A stretch of DNA of 64,000 bases, from contig CM075992.1 of assembly GCA_038087875.1 (NCBI GenBank), positions 12,278,001 to 12,342,000 on the forward strand, written 5' to 3'. The position numbers and the translations under genes are program-made. Origin of the DNA: Malacoraja senta (Eukaryota). The notes under the pieces were generated by a model, which saw only the letters and a list, made by a program, of their open reading frames with translations, ran no database searches and had not been told where the DNA came from. Shown here in pieces: positions 12,338 to 25,396 of this stretch (positions are counted from its first letter, which is position 1; the number at the start of each line of letters is the position of its first letter).

Positions 12338-15300
12338 ATGCAAGATGCTAAGCAAAAGAACCTAGGAGGAATCTCATTCTGTAGTTGGAATATAAGAGGT
12401 ATTAACGAACCTATTAAAAGGGGTAAGATACTAGCTCAGCTGAAACTGTACAACTCTGACATTATCTTCTTACAAGAAATTCATTTAAAATCTCAGGATC
12501 AAGCTAGGTTGAGGGCGAAATGGATAGGTCAAACATACCATTCTTCATTTACTTCGAAATCTAGAGGTACGTCAATCATTATAAGAAAAGGTATACCATT
12601 TAAAGCAAAGAATACCATAACAGACATCGAAGGGAGATACTTAATAGTTAATGGAGAAATTCATGATACTCCAATTACCTTGGTAAATATATATGCTCCT
12701 AACTTTGACAACCCTCATTTTTAAAATAAAATTCTGAACATAATCGCAGAGTCTAACTATCAAAATGTTATAATAGGAGGAGACTTTAACTGTGTTTTAG
12801 ATACGTATTTAGATAAATCAAGCCAAAAACAGAGAGGGAATACGAAATCTAAAACCGGTGAACTTCTCAATACTTATATAAACAATACTAATATAGCAGA
12901 TATTTGGAGAATTGTTAATCCAACTGGCAGGGAATACTCGTTTTATTCAATGGCACACAAAACATACTCACGTATAGATTATTTCCTGGTGGATACAAAA
13001 TTAATCCCTCGTACCTTTAACCCAACATACCATACAAATTCGATTTCAGACCATTCACCACTAACTTTCTTTTTAAAACTGGAAGGAATGTCTAAGAATA
13101 AACCGTTTTGGAGATTTAATTCTCAAATCCTAAAAGATCCACAAGCGAGTATATATTTAAAAGAACAAATGGATGCCTTTTTTGAAATAAATGACACTCC
13201 AGATATATCGCCTACTGTATTATGGGAATATTTTAAAGCATACATTAGGGGTATTATAATTTCATATCTAGCTTTTCAAAATAAAAATAATAAGAATGAA
13301 CAAAGACAGTTAGAAGAACTTATTAGACAAATGGATATAGATAATGCTAAAGATCCATCCATAGATAAACATAATAAAATAATAATTTTGAAATTTAAAT
13401 TAAATAAACTATAATAAGCCAAACTGATAAGACTTTTTCAAATTACAAAACAAGAGCACTTTGAATTTGGGGATAAACCGCATAAACTTTTGGCTCGCCA
13501 GCTAAAAAAATGAGAAAAAGAACATACGATCCCAAAGATTAAATCAGATAGAGGGGAATTATTAACCATACCGAAGGATATTAATAAAAGATTTGCGCAA
13601 TTTTATGAGAATTGTATACATCTAAAACGACAACTGACTCCAATAAAATTACAGAGTTTTTGGATAATTGTAATCTTCTAGGGGACTAGGACTAGGGGAC
13701 ATAGTTGTAGAATAAGAGGGGGCTCTTTTAAAACTGAGATGAGGAAGAACTTCTTCACCCAGAGGGTGGTTAATTTATGGAATTCACTGCCCCAGGGAGC
13801 AGTGGAAGCAGAAACATTAAATATATTTAAGTCTAAAATAGATGGTTTTTTAGCTGCCAAGGGGATAAGGGGCTACGGGGAGAGGGCAGGGATATGGACC
13901 TAGGTATGGTTAGTATAGTAAGACCTGAGTGATCTCCTGGACAAGTGTCGATCGCCTGGATTGGGGTCGGAGAGGAATTTCCCGGATTTTTTTCCCGAAT
14001 TGGACCTGGGTTTTTATCCGGTTTTTTGCCTCCCCCAGGAGATCACGCGGTTCTTGGGGTGGAGAGGGGTGATAGCAATATAAAGGGGAGGGTAGTGTCT
14101 TGTGTTCTGTGTCTTGTGTCTACTGTTTGTGGGTAAGGGTGTCTGTTTAGTGTTCAGCCATGAGCGAATGGCGGTGCGGGCTCGATGGGCCTGGTGGTCT
14201 ACTCTCGCACCTACTTTCTATGTTTCTATGTTTCTATGTTTCCAAAGTTAGAGTTGAAGGAACAAGAGGAATTGGGTGCACAAATCTCAATTAAGGAATT
14301 AGAAGATACAATAAACTCACTAAAGAATGGAAAAACACCAGGTCCTGGTGGATTTACTAATGAATTTTATAAAAGCTTCTATGACAAAATTATACCAAGA
14401 TTACAAAAAATGTACCAATATGCTTTAAAAAAACAAATACTACCTGATACATTAGCGGAATCAACGATTACACTAATACTTAAGAAACACAAAGATATAG
14501 AAGAACCGGGTTCTTATAGAGCTATAGCATTGTTAAACACAGATCAAAAAATATTAGCGAAAACATTAGCTAGAAGATTAAGTAAATATATTAGTAAACT
14601 AATAAACCCAGATCAGAGGGGGTTTATCCCTAAGAGATATTCATCTAACAATATGAGACGTTTACTCAACATAATGCACTCACATAAATCTGAAGAACAA
14701 GAATTATCAATTATTTCGCTGGATGCTGAAAAAGCATTTGACCAAGTAGAATGGAATTATATGGATAAAGTATTACAAAAATTCCAACTGGGAGAGAATT
14801 TTATTCTATGGATTAAATTATTATATAATAAACCTACAGCTAGAATATTAACTAATAACATATTATCCTCGAAATTTCAACTATCAAGGGGAAATAGACA
14901 AGGATGCTCATTATCACCACAGTTGTTTGCTCTTATTATTGAACCGTTAGCAGAAAAAATTAGAATACATCCTGATATCCATGGGTATAATACTAAAGAT
15001 TCAAATAATAAAATATCTTTATACGCGGATGATATATTACTGTACATTACAAAACCTCAAATCACTATACCAAATATATTAAATTTAATTGAAGACTTTG
15101 GATCTTTATCTGAATACAGAATAAATTGGAATAAAAGTGAAATTATGTCAATAAAACCGAAAGACTCAACACATCTTTTAAAATTCCCTTTTAAAATAGC
15201 TACAGAAAAATTTAAATACTTGGGAATCGAAATTACTACAACATATCAAGGTATGTTTAAAGCAAATTTTGATCCTCTGCTTAATAAATTAAACACACTA

Positions 15301-16696
15301 ATTAAATTTTGGAAAACGCTCCCGATGTCTTTAATAGGCCGAATAATTGCAATAAAAATGATCTTTCTACCACAAATTTTATACCTATTTCAATCGATTC
15401 CTATATACTTACCAAAGAAGTTTTTTTTTTAATTGGACTCGGATATCACTAATTTTATATGGGACCATAAATCACATAGAATACAAAAAACTCACTTGAA
15501 TAAACCTAAAGTAGTAGGGGGTTTAGCACTACCTAATTTCATGTATTATTATTGGTCAGTAAATATTAAAAATATGATTCAACTGATGGATAACTCTGCC
15601 CAGCAAGTGGACTGGATTGTAATGGAGAGAGAGGATTGCTCCTCTGGAAACTTTGGAGCGATCCTCCTCTCACCAATGAAACTGAATAACATAAATTATA
15701 ATAAGAACCCAATTATACATAGCACAATCCGAATTTGGAAACAAATAAAACAAAATTTAAAATTAAGAAATTTATCACTTTTATCTCCCATAGTTAATAA
15801 TCCTTCGTTTAATCCCTCTATTATAGATACATCTTTCACACACTGGGATAGACTAGGAATTAAAACGTTCGGTGACTTGTATGAAACTGGAAAATTACTT
15901 TCATTTCAACAATTACAAAGAAAATATAAACTCAGAAATAATCAATATTTTAAATATTTTCAAATATGCGACTATTTGAAAAAATATATAAAAGATCATT
16001 ATAATAGCCCAGCAGATGTATTGGATGATGCAATGCAGATAAAAGCTGAATCAGCAAACTTAATATCATATTTGTATAATATTATCTTAAATGTAGAAAT
16101 ACCATCTACGGAGGGGAGGGTATCAGAAGAGACTGGGAACAAGAATTAGCTATTAAAATTTCAAAGGAAAGGTGGAATGAACACTTATTAAATGTGCATA
16201 AATGTTCGATTAATGTAAGACACACTTTAATACAATTTAAAATTGTACATAGATTATATTATTCCAAAACTAAAATCCATAAAATATTCCCAAATGTATC
16301 ATCCATTTGTGATAAATGTCAATCTCAAGAAACTACTACAGCGCACTCATTTGTTTTCTGTACAAAAATTCAAAAATTTTGGATTGAAATTTTTGAAATC
16401 TTTACAAAATTATTTAAAATAAAACTGATACCCAAAGCAGAATGGATTATCTTCGGAATAACGGAAGATGGTCCAGAACTAAATGTGTTCCTAAAGAAAT
16501 TAATAGACTATGGGTTAATAACTGGAAAAAAGCTAATCCTAAAATTTTGGAAAAGGCTCCAATACCAACTGTAAACATGTGGATTTCAAATATGTTCGAA
16601 ACATTACACCTAGAAGAGGTAAGACTCCTCCTGACAGGTAAACCAGATCACTTCCACCTGACGTGGTCTGCATTTATAGAATTATTACAAATATAG
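12338..16696 (+). pseudogene. L1 ORF2 (APE endonuclease-RT-Cys domain), disrupted
   Basis: SWNIRG, FLQE, NIYAPN, GGDFN, SRIDYF, SDHSP; SLDAEKAFD, RQGCSLSP, LYADD; CDKC. Confidence 0.92.
13679..14238 (+). mobile_element. CR1 3' fragment inserted in L1 ORF2 (unit 1 only)
   Basis: RKNFFTQRVVNLWNSLP-coding DNA and (CTATGTTT)n tail; absent at ~46275 (TAATCTTCCAAAG). Confidence 0.88.
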
Positions 16697-19600
16697 GGTG
16701 CAAAAGTACCTTAAAAAAAACTGAGGTCAGGTATGGGGGGATGAAAGTTGGAGAGTTGGTATGTCCCATTTGCGTGATGCTTACAAAAACTATTTGTTTT
16801 TCTCTTTTCCCTCTTTCTCTCTCTTCTTCTTTTCAAGGGTCTATTTCTAAACTCTTTTTCTTTTGTTTTTAATTTCGTTCTTATAGGGTCTTCGTTCTAT
16901 CTTGTTGGCACGTTTTTTTACACTTTCACCTTTTCCTTCACTTTCTTCTTTCTCTCAATCTCATCCTTTCCCTTTATTAGTGTAAAAAACAAACGTAGTA
17001 CATTAATTGTAAGAAGATATATGTGATGAGTACTAATGTATGTGGTTGTAATGTAATGTACTTCTAATAAATTAAAAAAAAAAAAAATTAAAAAAAGAGT
17101 CGATGGAGGGGGCAGATCTGATGGGAAAGGGGATGCTGTTCCACAGTCTAGGAGCTGCAGCCGCAAAGGCCCAGTCGCTCCTGAGCTTATGCCTAGACCG
17201 TGCGATATTCAGCAACCCCAAGTCGGCCGATCTGAGGGGCCTGGAGGTGGAGTGGTGGATGAGAAGACTTTTTATGTAGGTGGGGCAAGCCCATTGAGGG
17301 CTTTGTAGACATGGAGGAGGATCTTGAAGTTTATACGGAACCACACAGGGAGCCAGTGGAGAGAGGCCAGGATCGGGGTGATGTGGTCCCTTTTTCGGGT
17401 GCCCGTCAGGAGTCTCGCTGCGGCGTTTTGGACCAGTTGCAGGCGGGACAGGGAAGATTGGCTGATGCCAGTGTAAAGGGAGTTGCAGTAATCTAGGCGG
17501 GAGGAGATGAATGTGTGGATGATCTTTTCCAGGTCATCAAACTGGAGGAATTGTTTTATTTTAGCTATCGTCCGAAGCTGAAAGAAGCTAGCTTTTACCA
17601 CGGCATTGACTTGTTTGTCAAATTTCAGTGCTGAGTCAAATATCACGCCAAGGTTTTTGACGTGAGGTTTGAGTAGTGGGGTAAGGCTTCCAAGGCTGCC
17701 TGCTATCATTTTGATTGAGTCCGAGGGGCCGAGAAGGATGACCTCAGACTTACTCTCGTTTAGTTGGAGGAAGTTCTGGGCTATCCAACACTTTATATCC
17801 TCGAGGCAGTGGGTAAGGTTAAACAGATTTGATTTTTTTTTTTTGCTTCAGGGGGCGGTAGAGTTGTGTATCGTCTGCTTAGCAATGGAAGGAAATGCTG
17901 TGCCTTTCAATGACTTGGCCTAAGGGGAGCATATACAGGGAGAAGAGAATGGGGCCAAGGATGGAACCATGTGGAACCCCACAGCAGAGATTAACTGGGG
18001 AGGAGAATGAGTTGCCTATGTTAGTCGAGAAACTCCTACCTTTGAGGTAGGAGATGAACCAGCTCAGGTTAGTGCCATCAATACCAACCCCGTACCGGAG
18101 ACGGTCAATTAGGATGGTGTGGTCGACAGAATCAAATGTTGCGCTGAGGTCAAGAAGGAGCAAAATTGCACAGTCGCTGGAGTCAACGGTGAGCAGTAGG
18201 TCATTGTGTACCTTCAGCAAGGCAGACTCTGTGCTATGGTGAGCCCTGAAACCTGATTGGAAAGTTTCCAAGATAGTGTTTTGGTGAAGGTAAGGTATAA
18301 GTTGACTTAACATTACCTTTTCAAGGGCTTTTGAGAGGAAAGGCAGTTTAGAAATGGGTCTGTAGTTGCTTGGCAAGGTGGGGTCGAGGTTTAGTTTTTT
18401 GAGGAGTGGTTGGACCACCGTCCAATTAATTCAGATTAATCCGATTATATCTGAACAGGCTCCCCCCACCTAACTATTCAATTCTCCAAATATGTTCTCT
18501 TCCCCAATCTACTTTATCTTCCCTCACATTTTATCCCTCATTGTGAGTTCCCTCGAACCCCCTTTTGTAAGCCATAAGACAATTTTTCAAGTACATTCAT
18601 TTCCCTTACACAACACATGATTCAACACCTTTGTTTGTCTGCAGACAGTAATCTTGCTTCATTTGCATTTTAAAGGACAACCTCTGTTATCACATCAAAA
18701 CAATCTTTCCCAAAAAGAACTCACTCAGAATCAGTAATCAACAATACATTTTCTTTTTCTCTGTAATTTTGACATTTCCAATCTCATTTAACACTTTAAT
18801 TGGGATGTGTCTCTTTTTGAACTTGGCTCAAAAGATTTATAGCAACCAACACATTTTATCATTCGAGTATAGCTCCGCTCCCCATTCATGGCAGTTTCAT
18901 AAAGGGACACACCATAACCTGTCTGTTCATTTGCATTTTAAAGGACAAACTGTTCTTAAAGGGACACACACACATTTATTCATTGCTTCAAATTTCACAC
19001 ATTTCACATACAAAAAACTTTGTTTTACAAGCAGTGCATATACGAAAAACATTGTTTTACCAGCAGTATATAATATTTCATCTTCAAAGACGTCTCTTTG
19101 TAATTTACTTTCCCTTTTTCTGACAAGACTTCTGTTTACCAGAAAAGCTGCCATGTTTTATTAGCTCAGACATTCCCCAGGGAGACTGATGCTCTGTCGG
19201 GTCACTTATATAGTCATTGCAGTGGGTGGACTGAGGTATAGTATTTTTGTTGAAGCGAGAGAGTTAAGTTTGAAAAACTCGTACGCTGTGATAGGGCAAT
19301 GATCCAGATCGTGATTAGTCAGACTCCCCATGACTTTTCAGTCTCCCTACCCTATCCTCATTTCTCCACCGAATTTTCCTTCATCCCCAATATTTTTAGA
19401 ACATAGTTGCTTGTCCGAAAAAGGATTCCCCCAGGGTAATTTTGTTTTGCGCAATATCTTCCCCCTCTTTTTTTTAAAAAAACTTGTCGCTTCATTTTGC
19501 GACCCAATCCTTTGCTTTTTTTTCTCTTTTCTGTCTGTCCACCAACTGCAACAGTTTCCAACCTCTTCAACTCTATTTCTGCTTTATCATTCCCTCCTTA

Positions 19601-20601
19601 CCAGCATGGGTAAGGTAGTGAATATATTAGTAAGACAAGTAAAAATGCATCGTATACACAAACTTGTCCAAGCGGGGTGAGCTGAATCAATGGCACAGTC
19701 CTCTCGTTTCCATAGTTGTTTTTGGATATTAGAGGCGTCCCTCTGGAATGTACATACCTCCCTCATGTTTGGCAGGACCATTTTATTTGCTAGCATCTGT
19801 TTACCTGCTGTCACTACGCATTTGGATGCATAGGCCGCTTGTTTAGATACACTATCGGCAAACTCATTGTGTTTGGTTATCGGGTCCCCAGCACCAGTGT
19901 GGACAGCACATTTAATAATGGACAGCTGTTCTGGGAGCATCTATGCCTCAAGCATGTTACGCACAGAAAGGGCATGCCCGTGCTCCCAATTCTGTGTAGC
20001 TTTGTAAGGTCGGAACTTCGAGGTATAGGGATGTTACTGACGGAGCTTGTACAGGTAAGGATGCCATCGCTACTGGTACTACGTAGGGAGGTGGACATCT
20101 CCCAGGATTATCTAAATCCTTATCTTCACTACCAAACAGGGTCGCCGTGCCAGACATGAAGACTCCTCGATGAGCGATTACGTGAAGGCCGCCAACACGC
20201 ATGCGCGTCAATCTTCAAAGCAGCGGTGTGAAATCACAGAATAACAGTTATTGAACTAAAATAGTAAGATTAGAGCTGACTAGAACTTCCAGAAAGATCT
20301 TTATGTTATGAGGGTCGGGAGCGGAGGGCACGTAATCGCTCATCGTAACTCCTCATTAAATAAAGATCAAACTTCAAACTGGTAAGTTCTTGTTTAATCT
20401 TACTATTTTACTTCAGTCATGTGAGTGACTACGTGAAGATTTTGAAGCTCTGTGATTTCATGCCGTGGAAAACGAGTCCATGCATCACACACGGCATCAA
20501 TTGACCAGGATGAGTGAGAAAAGAATTAATGCATTCAAACATGACATGGATAAAAAATGATGATGCTTTAATAACAAAAGAAAATTAACAGTGACCCCTC
20601 T

Positions 20602-21594
20602 CACCCAGGGGGAAACTGTGAAACAGAACTTAAAACAGAACTAGCAAAAGTCCCAGGTCTGGTGATAGGCTTGTTATAAAACCTTTGGTATGTCCGCTCA
20701 TTAGATCATCCCGCTACAATGAGGTCGAGAGGGATGTCCATATTTCTTGCTGCTGACATCGATGCAGCCCTGGTGGAATGAGGTTTAAAAGTGTCAGTGT
20801 CCACTCCTGCACAGGCCAGAACCTGTTTAATCCACCTAGAGATGGTCTGCACCGTAACCTTTCTATGAGGTTTGGTATAACTAACAAATAAGGATAACTC
20901 CGAGCCTCTGAGGCTCTTAGTGACTTTAACGTATTGAAGTATGTGTGATACCACACACAACCGTAAGTCTGAGGGATAAGCCATAAAACTCAATTTAAGC
21001 CCCAACACCCCTGGCCTGCTCTGCTTAATGAGATCCTGAACAAAAACGGTGATGTTATTACAAGACGTAACCATGCTGTCCAGTCTAAGTTTATTTAACG
21101 TCTGGACCCGTTGTGCTGAGGCCAGCACCATGAGCATGACTACCTTAAGTGTAAGATGATGCAGAGACAGAGATGAAGCTGGTGCCCACAGACGGACCAG
21201 CGTGAGGACCACGCTCACATCCCATATTTGTGAATACCTGGGCCTAGGGGGAGTAGAGTTAAAAAATGCCCTTCATAAACTTTGTTATTAAGGGGTGAGA
21301 TCCTACAGTGTGGTTCCCTGACCCCAGCCATAAATAAGATGACAAAGCGCTCCTGGCCCTATTTATGGCACTGTAACTGAGTTTCTGATCATAGAAAAGA
21401 GACGAAAGAACTTCCAAAACGTCCGTGATGGAGGCCGTGTCATATGAAATATTTGACCGGGAACAGTGCATCTCCCATTTCCTTATGTGAGTGATGTACT
21501 GTTTCTGGGTGCTCTTCCTCCAGGCCGCAGTGATCACATCTATCATACGATCTGAAATCCCGAGCCCCAGGAACGGTCTCCTCAGAATCTGCAA
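20602..21594 (-). pseudogene. DIRS-b tyrosine recombinase (frameshifted)
   Basis: Pieces 21259-21594 and 20706-21218; SAQRVQ, PHSTRAAS; intact version at 52608-53606. Confidence 0.9.
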
Positions 21595-23504
21595 ACCAAT
21601 AGATTTATACGGTCATGAAGAGGGTGACTTTCCCCCGTCACAGGGTGTACCAGCAGATTTCTGCTCTTCGAAACTGTCATAAAAGGCTGGGTAATTATAG
21701 CTTGGAGGAGTGGGAACTTGATTTTGACTTGATTTTGGCCAAACATCGACTGATGAGGCAGAATGGGGAAAATACATACAAAAATTTCCCATCCCAGTGT
21801 AGTGAGAATGCATCTACTGCCACTGCCCCTGGGTCTGGTTCCCATGACACCTAATTTGGTAAATGATGATTAAGCCTGGATGCAAACCGGCAAAGTCCGG
21901 TACACCATAACAAATGACAATGTCATTAAATACTTCGTGATTCAACATCCATTCTTTGTTGTCATTGAATTCTCGTGACCTGGTGTCTGCCACTATGTTA
22001 TAGCTACCTGGTAAATAGATAGCTGAAACCCAGATGTTTCTCATAATACACCAGTGCCAAATGATATTAGACAATTTATCACAGGATACAGACATAATTC
22101 CACCCATGTGATTAATGTATGCTACTGCTGAAGTGTTGTCAATCTGAAGTTGAACATGCACATAATGCATGTTGGTACAATAAGCCTTTAACCCATAAAG
22201 TGCTCCCAACAACTTTAAGTAGTTAATACCGTGTGACTGCGGCATCGATGATTTCTGCAGATCCCATCTGCCACCGCAGCTAGAGACAGTGTTGGTAGCA
22301 CCCCAACCTAGTGCATTGGCATCAGTTTGCAGGATAACTGATGGTGTATCAACTAAAATAGTACTAGAACAATACTGAATATTGGTAACCCACCATTGTA
22401 ACTCAGCAATGGCTTCAGCTGGCAACTGCATGGGTCTATCAAACGACCTCTGCGCAGCTTAAGTGCCTGCTCCTTTGCACGCTGTAAGTTTTGGTAGTGC
22501 AAAGGCCCGAACTGAGCAGCTGGGAAAGCAGCCACTAATTTGCCAATTATACTAGAAGGTTGATTTTTAATAATGAGTTTCCTGCAGGCTTCAATTAACT
22601 CCAATTGCTTGCCCCGAGGCAGAGTCACTGACATGTGCATTGAGTTAATGGTGAATCCCAAATAATCAATTATCGTAGATGGTACCAATTTCGAATTAAC
22701 TGGATGGATTAGGAATCCCAGCCTCTCAAACATAAATTTTGTAACTGACACAGATAATTCAGCTAATTCCAAAGTCTTTCCAATGATTAAGATGTCATCC
22801 AAATATGTCATGACTATGTGATTCTGTGCCCTGAGTAGCCCCAGGACTGGTTTTAGCAATTTTGTGAATAGTCTGGGGGCTGAGGTTAACCCATTAGGCA
22901 ATGCTTTATACTGCCACAATTGCTCCATCCAGCTAAACTTCAAGAATCTCTTGTGGTCTTCATGAATGGCCACTGAATAGTAAGCATCTTTGAGATCAAT
23001 GCATGCCATGTAGCATCCCTTGGAAACCAGTTGTTTGGCAGTGACAAAGTTTTCCATTTTGAAGTGTTTATACTGCATAAAGGTGTTAAGCTCAGTTAAA
23101 TCAAGGATAATTCTACATCCTCCATCCTTCTTTTGCCTCGTAAATATGTTGGACACAAACTGGTGAGGCTCACGACTCGACCTCTCAATTACCCCTTTCT
23201 TGAATAAAGATTCAATTTCCCCTTGTGCACTCATACACTCCTGTTGTGAAAAAACAAAAGTGCGACTAGGTGTATGCTGAGTGGGTGGAGGAGAGTCGGA
23301 AAGGAACTCAATTTGGAAACCTTGTATACTGCGCAGTATAAACGGGTCAGATGACATCCAATGCCATTCATGTAAGACAAATTGTAATCTCCCCCCAACT
23401 TGCAACTGATCCACCGCAGACTCACTTACCTCAGTGGTTACCGGCGGTATGGTCTCTACTTCTGCCCCCGAGGTCTGGGGGGTAGAGCTGTTGGAGGGCA
23501 CCAT
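21582..23504 (-). pseudogene. pol: DIRS-b RT (22353-23504), RNase H (21814-22431) and MTase-like tail, frameshifted
   Basis: IDLKDAYYSVAIH, LPNGLTSAPRLFTK, TYLDD, YLGF; QTDANALGWG, QIDNTSAV, NIVADTRSR. Confidence 0.92.
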
Positions 23505-24413
23505 CCCCGCATCTTGAACATGGCCTTGGCCCTGCCCTAAAAATGGCTTCTGTGTCTGTACGGAACGTCCAACATATCCGGCGATCCCTCTGGTGTGGAG
23601 AGGAGGGTAGGGATACCGTCGCCGGAAAGATGAGACCTTGGGAGGTGCTTAAATAAGGCCGACGGTTTTAGCCTCCTCATCCAGCTCCTTTACCTGCTTA
23701 GGCAAGTCTTCTCTGAACAGGAGGTTAGGGGTTTGGACATTCCCCGGCTTGCAGAGCCCAGCAAATTTTGGGTTCAGAGCAGGACGGATGGCATTCTTAC
23801 GGAGGCAATTGATTTCAAAATGTGCATTGCACATTAATGCCATCGTGTCCTGCTGGGTATCAGAGAGGGCCCCCCATCCACTGACCTGGCAAAGGCCGTG
23901 ATGCCTGAAGCAAGTAGTCTTAGAACTTTTTGAAGTTTAACTTCTTGGGCTCTGACGCCCCCTCCAATGTGTCCCCAGATGGAATGGTTTACTACCGGGA
24001 CACTTAATGAGGCACAGTTCAATGGGGTAATATATTTGGCAGTGGTTTCCTCCATAGTTTGGTCTTGGAGTTGATGGGAGGTCAGATAATTAATACTCAT
24101 AGCGAGGTCTTCTCCCAATGGCTCCCCTGTTAGGGCAGATATAGGAACTTTGGATGCCATAGTGGGTACACCCGAGGTTTGCCCCTCATGCCATGAAGCA
24201 TGCTGCCAAGCTGTGCCTCCGTACTCTGGGTCAGTATAACACTGGCCTCGTATGCTCCCCTCATCCGAGAGGGAGATATTATGCAGCCCTGACACAGATG
24301 CCGCTGCCTCGGGTTCTCCGTAATACCGGGCTCAGATAGCTCCCTCCTTCGGAGCATATCACTTTGGAGCAACCTCTCCACCAGGTTCTCCATGTGGGTC
24401 AACCTGCCACTTA

Positions 24414-24997
24414 AGGCTCTGTCTTACCTGTTTGCGGTCATCGGCGGTGAAGCGCGGCGTCGCCGGTAGCGGGGACCGCGCGGCAACAGCGAGAGCGTCG
24501 AGCCTATCCACCGGAGCGCCGCACGGATGCTGCGCGGGGGCCGAGTTAATTCAAACACGGCGGGTCCCACGTGCTTGCGGTAAGTAAAAAAAAGGGCGGG
24601 CCGACTGCGATGACGTCGGCCCGCCGCACGTGACTCACAAGCGGCGGCTGTGGCGGCGGCCATCCTGATCGCGGCGCTGTAGCGGTGGCTGTGCCTGCGG
24701 CCGTGCAGCACATGTGCCTCACTGGCGGAGGCTGTGGCAGTGGAGGTTTGACGCACGGCGCTCGAGCCACACTGGCGGCGGCCCGTGCGAGCGGCCGTGC
24801 CGCACTCGTGCATCACTGGTGGAGGTTGTGCGGTGAGTATATAGTTTTCAACATTGTCGATTTTATTTTAGCACCGTGCGGTGTTGGGAACGCCGCCGCA
24901 CGGCCCCGGAATTGTACGTTCTCACGAGTGCGCGGTCTATGGCGGCAGATTCTTCCCGTTTCGCCGCCAATGACCGCAGACTCGTGAGACAGGCCTT
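24414..24997. mobile_element. PIF/Harbinger-type MITE inserted in DIRS-b gag
   Basis: Imperfect 14-bp TIRs AGGCTCTGTCTTAC / GTGAGACAGGCCTT; flanks TTA/TAA; same element at 35719-36323 and 56459-57042. Confidence 0.8.
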
Positions 24998-25266
24998 TAA
25001 CGCTGCCAATAACGCTGCCAATAGAAGGAGGGAAAATTTCCACCTCCGGGCCCAACTCATCGGAGTCCAGGGCCCTAAGTGACTTTTGAGTGGCTTTCTT
25101 CCCCCGCGGGGTAACCAAGGTGCTTTCTGGCTGCACCAAGTCTGTAGCCGCTGGCTCTTCTGCTAGTGACCCTGAAGGCGAAATCGGCGGTCTCCCGTTA
25201 CCCGCAGGCCCGCGGTCTTCCCCAGCCGTTTTCGTTGCGGCCCGCCTCTTCATCTTCGAGTATGAT

Positions 25267-25396
25267 TTTGAATTTGGTGGCCTTGCACCTTGATTGAAAT
25301 GGTATGAGTGCATTTGAATTTGGTGGCCTTGCACCCTGCTCGAAATGGTATGAGACTGCATTTGAATTTGGCGGCCTTGCACCCTGCTTGAAATGG
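25267..25396. repeat. 48-bp minisatellite array, right part (~2.7 copies)
   Basis: Same unit as 8303-8578; copy at 57312-57441. Confidence 0.93.

Larger units (their letters stand above)
10221..17092 (+). mobile_element. Full-length L1 LINE (decayed), 16-bp TSD
   Basis: TSD AAAAGAGT(A/C)GATGGAG at 10205-10220 and 17093-17108 at a TT|AAAA site; 5'UTR, ORF1, long spacer, ORF2, AATAAA and poly-A. Confidence 0.95.
10021..18437 (-). mobile_element. 5'-truncated L2 LINE inserted in ERV-A and split by L1 (pieces 10021-10220 and 17093-18437)
   Basis: [74 protein letters not shown] shows the empty site TTATTCTT|TAATCCG (~27964-27978). Confidence 0.9.
8579..20167 (-). mobile_element. Decayed, LTR-less class I-like ERV internal region (ERV-A) carrying nested insertions
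   Basis: env TM 8579-8860, integrase C-terminus ~9200-9380, RNase H/IN start 19587-19960, gag PPPY ~20080-20100; largely colinear with ERV-B 27290-29895 once the insertions are removed. Confidence 0.85.
20168..25266 (-). mobile_element. DIRS1-type retrotransposon, second subfamily (DIRS-b), both ends truncated
   Basis: Residual right ITR 20168-20215, ICR 20329-20440, YR, MT/RNase H, RT and gag (ATG at 25253). Confidence 0.93.

Noticed and set aside
18769..19164. ~130-aa plus-strand ORF recurring four times (MTFPISFNT...)
   Set aside because: Antisense to the ERV, non-ATG start, and frame shifts between ERV-A and ERV-B copies; recurrence reflects duplication.
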